Positions 46,501 to 52,767 of a DNA stretch of 52,767 nt are shown here, piece after piece. The stretch comes from a virus (lineage: Duplodnaviria > Caudoviricetes). Location of the stretch: positions 1 through 52,767 of the IMG/VR virus record IMGVR_UViG_3300042319_001969. One strand, written 5' to 3'. Made by a program: the position numbers and the translations under genes. The notes below the pieces were generated by a model. The model saw only the letters and a list, made by a program, of their open reading frames with translations, did no database searches and was not told the DNA's origin. Positions within the stretch are counted from its first letter, which is position 1, and each line of letters opens with the position of its first letter.

Positions 46501-48276
46501 ATGAATGTGGAATTCAAAGCAATGGTATTAAACGAAGCTGGAGATAGCTATGCTATGGATAGCGATTTTAATTTTACTAAAGATAGTACTAAGGGTATAG
46601 TGTTCTCTTTAAACACAGATTCAAGCGTTGAAGATTTCATTAATTATATTATGAGTATGCTTAATGAAAAAGAAGACACTTACACAGTTGAAATTTTTTC
46701 AGATGTTAATCCTAACTCTTTTGGAAAATTGACTTTTAATAAATCTATGCTTTCTGCCTCATTTGATGTTAAAGCTGCCACAGATGAAAGAGCTTTTGGT
46801 AAATTTATAGCAGAAAATATAGCACAAGCTATTAAAGATATCCCAACCACTAGTATTCTTTCAGGTATTTCAGAACTTATGGAGGCTGCTGCTAAAGGCA
46901 GTTCAAGAACCCCTAGTTCAAAAGACCCAAGCTTAAGCGAAGATGAGCAATTCATAGAAAAAATTAAAGACTTTACTAAAACAGATATTGTAAAGCCAAC
47001 AGAAACTATTGTAGATTATATAGCAGATGATGATTTACTTGATGAACTAAAAGAAATTATTGACTTTCAAAACAATTCAGATAAATACTCTAAGTTAGGT
47101 ATTGAAATACCTAAAGGCGTATTATTCAAAGGTCCTCCAGGTACTGGTAAGACCTATGCTGCTAAATGTATTGCCGGTAGTAGTAATAGTTATTTTATGG
47201 TAACTACTGCTAGTGCCTTACAAGGTCAATATATTGGTAGTGGCGCCGAGAATATTCGTAAAATATTTACAGGCGCTAGAGAGCTAATTAAAAAGACAAA
47301 GAAAGGTGTAATGATATTCATAGATGAGCTTGACTCATTCGGTAGTCGCACAAGCCATTCGGGAAGCGCAAGCGGTGAGGAAGACCGAACCCTTAATCAA
47401 TTGCTTGCCGAGTTATCTGGATTTAATCCAACCGATAAGATAATGGTGTTAGCTGCGACAAACTTTGTAGAGCGTTTAGATGAAGCGCTTTTAAGAAGTG
47501 GCCGTTTAGGTCGCCAAATTACTATTGATTATCCTACAGAAATTCAAAGACGCCATTTAGTAGACTATTATTTTAAGAAATTTAAGTTACACGACACAGG
47601 TACAGATATTATTTCAGACTTAGTTGACGGCTTATCCCCTGCGGATATAAAAGCCGTTTCTAATGAGTCTGCTATATTAGCAGTCCGTAACTCTCGTGAA
47701 GAAATTATGCTTGACGATATTAATGAAGCGATTAACAAAACTATTACTAAGAATGTTAAACGAAAAGACATTAAGAAAGACAAGTATTTAGTTTCAGCAC
47801 ACGAAATGGGACATGTCTTAGCAGAAGCTTTGTATCTAAAGACTTGCCCATTAAAAGTCACAAATGATACTTATGGAGACTCAGGAGGATTTACTCAAAC
47901 AACAAATCACTTAAGTGGCATTACAAAACAAGAAAGGTATTCTGCCGAAGTTAAAATGTTAATGGCAGGCCGTGCCGCAGAGCAAGTGATTTGTGGATAT
48001 ATAACTAACGGAGCAAGTAGTGACCTTCAAAGAGCTAATAAACTTGTAAAAGCCTATTTTCAGGTTTATAACTTTGAGCCCTATGATGTGTCAAAACTTG
48101 ACCAGTTAGTACAAGACAAAATTCATAGTCTTTATACGGAAACCGTAAAAGATTTTGAATTACACAAAGACTTGCTTAAGTCTTTGACAGACGAGTTGAT
48201 GACTAAGTCTACTATTTATCGTTCATTGTTAGCTATTCTATTATCTCCAGTGTTAACTAAAGGAGGAATTTTATGA
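46501..48276 (+). CDS. ftsH: FtsH-like AAA+ zinc metalloprotease (M41) lacking transmembrane anchors
   Basis: GPPGTGKT, pore YIG, IFIDELD, TLNQLL.E, ATN..LDEALLRSGR, HEMGH, MAGRAAE, GASSD; hydrophilic N-terminus. Confidence 0.9.
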   Translation: MNVEFKAMVLNEAGDSYAMDSDFNFTKDSTKGIVFSLNTDSSVEDFINYIMSMLNEKEDTYTVEIFSDVNPNSFGKLTFNKSMLSASFDVKAATDERAFGKFIAENIAQAIKDIPTTSILSGISELMEAAAKGSSRTPSSKDPSLSEDEQFIEKIKDFTKTDIVKPTETIVDYIADDDLLDELKEIIDFQNNSDKYSKLGIEIPKGVLFKGPPGTGKTYAAKCIAGSSNSYFMVTTASALQGQYIGSGAENIRKIFTGARELIKKTKKGVMIFIDELDSFGSRTSHSGSASGEEDRTLNQLLAELSGFNPTDKIMVLAATNFVERLDEALLRSGRLGRQITIDYPTEIQRRHLVDYYFKKFKLHDTGTDIISDLVDGLSPADIKAVSNESAILAVRNSREEIMLDDINEAINKTITKNVKRKDIKKDKYLVSAHEMGHVLAEALYLKTCPLKVTNDTYGDSGGFTQTTNHLSGITKQERYSAEVKMLMAGRAAEQVICGYITNGASSDLQRANKLVKAYFQVYNFEPYDVSKLDQLVQDKIHSLYTETVKDFELHKDLLKSLTDELMTKSTIYRSLLAILLSPVLTKGGIL

Positions 48277-50288
48277 AGTTAACTTTATCAATCCCATATT
48301 CAGACATTAAAGCAAACTTAGTAGATTCTTATTCGCCAGACTTTCCATTGCTAATAGTTAAAGATTTAGACCCAGATGTTATTATACATACAGCTAAAGA
48401 AATTAATAATCCTAATTCATTAATGAACTTTATACCTAAAGTATTAATGACTTTTAAAGCATTAGCAGCAGTTAAAAAACCTTTAGGTTCAATTAACTAT
48501 GCTAAGTATGAAACTGGTGAATATATCACAAATCTTAATTTGTTTAGAACTAAACAAACTTCATTTTTATTTGACCCTTTTACAAAGCTAGGTATTAATC
48601 TTCACAAGTTATTACTTGGTATTGATTCTAAAGAAACTAAACTTTATTTAGATACTGCGCTTATAGCACATTTAAGTAGATTAAGTCAAGAGATTCAAAA
48701 TCAAATGACTTTGTATTTAATTTCATTAATTCATTTGTTTATTAGTCTTAATGAATTACAAATAGATAAAAATTTATTTAATTTATCTAAACTTTCATCT
48801 TCAGAATTAAGAATTAAACATTTGACATGGGCAACTTTGCCTAGTCTTATTAAGACTTTTAATGCCGATGTTAACATTGAATTAGTAGAAACTCAAACTT
48901 CTAAAATTACTTACTTAGAAGTTTTTCAAGACACTTATTCTTCTAATATACCTATCGCAGTTACAGGTCAAGCCCCAAGTAGCTATATGATTATCAAAAG
49001 TCCTAGTAATGAGTACTCTTTATTACTTAAAACCCCAAGTAAAGATTATTTTAATATCAACTTTGATACCTCAGAGATTCAAACTACTTTGAATCTTACT
49101 TATTTAGACTTTGATTCAGACTCTCATCCTATTGGATTTGCGGGCAGTATGCCTAATAACTCAAACCCAGTAGTAATTATTTACAATAAAACTATGGATT
49201 TATCTACATCCCAAAAATCTTTAATTTTAGAATCAGTTTCAGAAATTGAAAATGCTAAAGTTAAAGAAAAAGTAGAATCTTTTTTATCTAAATGCTCAAC
49301 TCTTAGAGAAATTGTAGAAGTTACTAACTTAGAAGATTTCTTTAAAGAGTTAAATAAAGATTATTTTGATACTAGTACAACTAGTCATGTATCTAATGAA
49401 TCTATTAAACTTCAATATACATCAGACGCATATGCCCAACAACTATATGCGCTTAATAAAAAAGTTATTGACAAATTAGGTCCAGTAGACTTACAAGACC
49501 TTTCTAATATTGTTCCAAGCGTTATTAAAGGTGAAACTTACAGTGCTATTTTTGTAGGTGAATCCGGTACCGGTAAATCTACCACTGCTAAGCAAATCTT
49601 TTACCAAGCAGGAATTCCTTTTGAAATTATTAACGCCAGTATTAATATCGAAGAATCAGATTTTATTGGCACAATGGTAGCTAATAAAAATCGTAAATCA
49701 GAACTAGACCCAATGTTTGTTTGGAAAGATGGTATCTTAACCAGAGCAATTAGAAATGGTTATGGAACTATTATTGAAGAACTTAACTTTGGTAGAGCAG
49801 GCGTTTTAGGTAAATTAAATTCATTGTTAGACGATTCTCGTCAAATTGAATTAGGCGATGGAACTATTCTTCAAGCACATCCTAACTTTAGATTGTTTGC
49901 TACAGGCAACATTGGCGAAGAAGGTACTCAGCGTTTAAATCGTGCTTTAATTAACCGTTTTCAACATGCTAAAAAGTTTAAACATTTAAACAAACAAGAA
50001 ACTATTAATTTAATAGCTGTTAAAACAAAGTATAAAGACTTAGATAAGCTAGAAAAGATTTATGTAGTGTACGACGCAGTTCGCAAGTACGCTAAAGAAA
50101 ATCAATTAAAACTAAGTATTTCTATTCGTCAGCTTATAAACATATTTATGGCACCTAAAGTCTATAAGAATGCGCACGACGCAGTTATAAACTTTATGAT
50201 TAATCAAGCATTTTTAGAAGAAACAGAACATCAAGAACACTTTGTAGAAACAGTACTATCCGTATTTGATTTAAAATTTAAACTATAA
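48273..50288 (+). CDS. MoxR/CbbQ/CobS-type AAA+ ATPase with a long unknown N-terminal domain
   Basis: GESGTGKS, WKDGILTRAIRNG, IEELN, HPNFRLFATGN, LNRALINRF. Confidence 0.88.
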   Translation: MKLTLSIPYSDIKANLVDSYSPDFPLLIVKDLDPDVIIHTAKEINNPNSLMNFIPKVLMTFKALAAVKKPLGSINYAKYETGEYITNLNLFRTKQTSFLFDPFTKLGINLHKLLLGIDSKETKLYLDTALIAHLSRLSQEIQNQMTLYLISLIHLFISLNELQIDKNLFNLSKLSSSELRIKHLTWATLPSLIKTFNADVNIELVETQTSKITYLEVFQDTYSSNIPIAVTGQAPSSYMIIKSPSNEYSLLLKTPSKDYFNINFDTSEIQTTLNLTYLDFDSDSHPIGFAGSMPNNSNPVVIIYNKTMDLSTSQKSLILESVSEIENAKVKEKVESFLSKCSTLREIVEVTNLEDFFKELNKDYFDTSTTSHVSNESIKLQYTSDAYAQQLYALNKKVIDKLGPVDLQDLSNIVPSVIKGETYSAIFVGESGTGKSTTAKQIFYQAGIPFEIINASINIEESDFIGTMVANKNRKSELDPMFVWKDGILTRAIRNGYGTIIEELNFGRAGVLGKLNSLLDDSRQIELGDGTILQAHPNFRLFATGNIGEEGTQRLNRALINRFQHAKKFKHLNKQETINLIAVKTKYKDLDKLEKIYVVYDAVRKYAKENQLKLSISIRQLINIFMAPKVYKNAHDAVINFMINQAFLEETEHQEHFVETVLSVFDLKFKL

Positions 50289-50297
50289 GGAGAATAT

Positions 50298-52643
50298 ATG
50301 TATACCCCATATGAATTACAAAAAATAGCAAACAAATGTTCTATTTTAGCTAATCCTTATGATTATCGTTTAAACAATAAAATTGTTTTAAAAGACATGA
50401 GTAGACCAGAAGATTATTCTTTAAGTTTAAATAACTATACTCATTTTATAAATAAATTATTATTTTCAATAGCTTCAGCAGTTTTAAAAGATGAATCTCA
50501 TAGTGTATTTAGTTCTGCTTTTGAAGACAAAATGTTTGCTTCAGATATCAAAAGATATGATTATGTAATTAATCATTTATTTTTAAAAGCTCCAGCAGAT
50601 AATCCTTTTTCAGTTAAAGGCGTTTTAACTAATGAAGCTCTAGAGTCAGACACCGAAAAAATTTCTCAAATTAATGGTAATGCTTTTCTATTTAAAATAT
50701 TTAATAGTTTTGGAATTAATTTAGATTACTATTTAAAACTTAAAAATATTGACTCTTCTTATCAAAAAACTTCTAACTTTTTCTTAAATAATGCTCATGT
50801 TTTTAATGCTGCTATTAAAAATATGAAACAAGAAGAACTTGAAGCATTATTTACATTTTCATTACATTTAAAAACTTCTATAGTAGAAGAACTCAGTTAT
50901 TTGTTTACAAACTTAAGTTTAGATTATCACAGTTTAAAACAAAAACAAAATGTTTACAATTTCTTAGAAGATTTATCAAATAAAAAACCAGACTTATCTT
51001 TAAAACTTTCATTTTACGACGCTTTGTTAAGACAAAATGAATTTTTAGAAGTATTACCAGACCAAATATATACCGATTGTTTAGATTCTAGATATGGTAA
51101 CAATTTAGCAACTAAACAACATAGATTAAATCGTATTGTTCAAGAGTATCCTTTAACTTCTTTTATTATCTATTACACTAGTAAATTAGAACAATATTTA
51201 GTTTACTACATTGAAATTTTACACATTGTTACACAAAAAATGTCAAAAAGTCAATCTCAATTTATCCTAGATTTATTTAGAGTAAATGGAGAAAACAAGT
51301 TTTTATCAGAAGCAGTATATAATCCTTTGACTAACATCTTTAATCCTAAAGTGGAAGAAATTATTGCTATAAAAGACAACGCTTTAAGATTCGAAGAAAT
51401 TCGTAACTATTTAAACTCAGAAATTGTTAAAGATTTAATTAAAAACACTTGTAAAAATTTAACAAAAATTTACAAAGACTTTGATACTAAAATTCTTAAC
51501 GACAAACTTTTACAAAGCTTTGACGCTTTTATGTTTCCAAACTTTGTAGCTAAATTTGTTATGGCATCTAATGAATATGCTATATTTAAAGATGCTGTAA
51601 AAACTTCAATTATTTTAATTGAATATGCTAAAAAAAATAAAATTAATTTAACAGTAGATTACACAGTTTTAAACGATGATGAAAAAGAACTTCTTGACAG
51701 TGCTGAGTCATCAGAAACTTTTTCAGACCCGTTTGCTAATTTTAATTATGAAGAAGATTTTAATGATACAGAATCTTTAAAACCTAAATCAGACTCTAAA
51801 GATAAACCAATAAGTCTTTCTACAGAGTTAGACAATACTATTTCTAACTTTAAAGAAAAGGGACATGACTTCACTTTAAAAGAAGTTAAAGCTTCAGACA
51901 ACTCTAAGAATCTTTACTTAGCCGTGTCTCAAAAAATTAAATTACTTAATAGTTTGTTAATTAAACAAATTAGAGACATCAAAACTTACAACCAAGGAAG
52001 TAAGCTTTCAGGTTTATTCAGTGGTAAAATTGATGCTAAAAATCTATATAAGTATGAAACTTCAGACAACTTGTTTTATAACAATAAGTATGAAATTAAA
52101 GAAATGGATTTAGCTTTTGGTATCGTATTAGACGCTAGTGGCAGTATGCAAGGAGACAAAATTACAGACGGTAAAGTATCTATGGTTTTATTACATGAAA
52201 CTTTAAGAGCTTTAAATATTAACCATTCTATTATTGACCACACAGCTAGAGGTAACCACACTTGTATTGTTAGAAAATATCATGACTTTAAAGAATCTAA
52301 AAACTATGATATTACTAAGTCTTATGCTATAATGGACATTGTAGCTAGAGAAGGCAATAACGACGCAGGAGCCTTGTATTACATGGAGAAAGCGTTGCTT
52401 AAAACTCAAAACAAAGACAAAATTTGTATTATATTTTCAGACGGCCAGCCAACAGAGTGTTCAGAACAAGAGTTAAAAGACCAAGTTAAAAGTATGGAAA
52501 AAAAAGGAATTAAGGTTATTGGTATTGGTATTAATCTTCCAGAGATTGCCGAATATTACACAGACTATGCAAATGGTAAAAACCTTAATGAAATGGTAAA
52601 AATTATTACAGACATCCTTAAACAATATGTATTGAATAAATAA
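50298..52643 (+). CDS. vWA-domain protein (CobT/NorD-like partner of the MoxR AAA+)
   Basis: SGKIDAKNL, DASGSM MIDAS, FSDGQP, VIGIGI. Confidence 0.88.
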   Translation: MYTPYELQKIANKCSILANPYDYRLNNKIVLKDMSRPEDYSLSLNNYTHFINKLLFSIASAVLKDESHSVFSSAFEDKMFASDIKRYDYVINHLFLKAPADNPFSVKGVLTNEALESDTEKISQINGNAFLFKIFNSFGINLDYYLKLKNIDSSYQKTSNFFLNNAHVFNAAIKNMKQEELEALFTFSLHLKTSIVEELSYLFTNLSLDYHSLKQKQNVYNFLEDLSNKKPDLSLKLSFYDALLRQNEFLEVLPDQIYTDCLDSRYGNNLATKQHRLNRIVQEYPLTSFIIYYTSKLEQYLVYYIEILHIVTQKMSKSQSQFILDLFRVNGENKFLSEAVYNPLTNIFNPKVEEIIAIKDNALRFEEIRNYLNSEIVKDLIKNTCKNLTKIYKDFDTKILNDKLLQSFDAFMFPNFVAKFVMASNEYAIFKDAVKTSIILIEYAKKNKINLTVDYTVLNDDEKELLDSAESSETFSDPFANFNYEEDFNDTESLKPKSDSKDKPISLSTELDNTISNFKEKGHDFTLKEVKASDNSKNLYLAVSQKIKLLNSLLIKQIRDIKTYNQGSKLSGLFSGKIDAKNLYKYETSDNLFYNNKYEIKEMDLAFGIVLDASGSMQGDKITDGKVSMVLLHETLRALNINHSIIDHTARGNHTCIVRKYHDFKESKNYDITKSYAIMDIVAREGNNDAGALYYMEKALLKTQNKDKICIIFSDGQPTECSEQELKDQVKSMEKKGIKVIGIGINLPEIAEYYTDYANGKNLNEMVKIITDILKQYVLNK

Positions 52644-52767
52644 GCCGTTATACGCTATTCGCTTTATAAACGGCTTAGGAGGTAGAATATGAATTCTGCA
52701 GAAAAGTATAGGCTTTATGAAATCTTATTCTATTTATATTTTAATAGACAAGATGATACTACAATCA
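51997..52767. repeat. Terminal direct repeat, copy 2
   Basis: Matches 1-771. Confidence 0.95.
52689..52767 (+). CDS. Truncated duplicate of the 693-1127 gene
   Basis: MNSAEKYRLYE...; runs off the window end. Confidence 0.8.
   Translation, partial: MNSAEKYRLYEILFYLYFNRQDDTTI

Noticed and set aside
1-52767. Alternative genetic code or stop-codon reassignment
   Set aside because: Genes are full length and tightly packed under code 11, with TAA, TAG and TGA all used as stops.

Overview
The window is an apparently complete, circularly permuted genome of an AT-rich tailed dsDNA phage. The unit length is 51,996 bp, because bases 1-771 recur with about 13 substitutions at 51997-52767. It is probably a podovirus. 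It uses genetic code 11 (TGA stops), strong AGGAGG Shine-Dalgarno sites and sigma70/sigmaA consensus promoters. No integrase, repressor or recognisable peptidoglycan hydrolase was seen, which suggests a lytic phage, possibly of a wall-less Acholeplasma-like host (inference). The + arm (42012 to the end, then 1-13916) carries small early genes, an operon of soluble FtsH-like protease, MoxR-type AAA+ and vWA protein, then MazG, a metallophosphoesterase, an SNF2 helicase, a Sak4-like ATPase, SSB, a primase-MCM helicase fusion, family A DNA polymerase, an orphan MazF-like protein, and RuvC-like and YqaJ-like nucleases. The - arm (41687 to 13994) carries TerL, portal, scaffold, an N4-gp56-type capsid, adaptor, nozzle, tail fibres, an LRR-repeat protein, membrane proteins and ejection proteins. 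The most unusual signals are non-coding. (1) A 79-nt RNA shaped like only the tRNA-like domain of tmRNA (G3:U70, encoded CCA, no mRNA-like domain) is preceded by a hairpin whose 5' end is complementary to its loop. (2) A ~550-nt region holds hairpins with recurring G.A-type internal loops and TTTA loops on the - strand. (3) The GC-rich octamer GCGGTGAG is dispersed at least 13 times across an AT-rich genome. All protein calls come from motif recognition by eye; no database searches were run.
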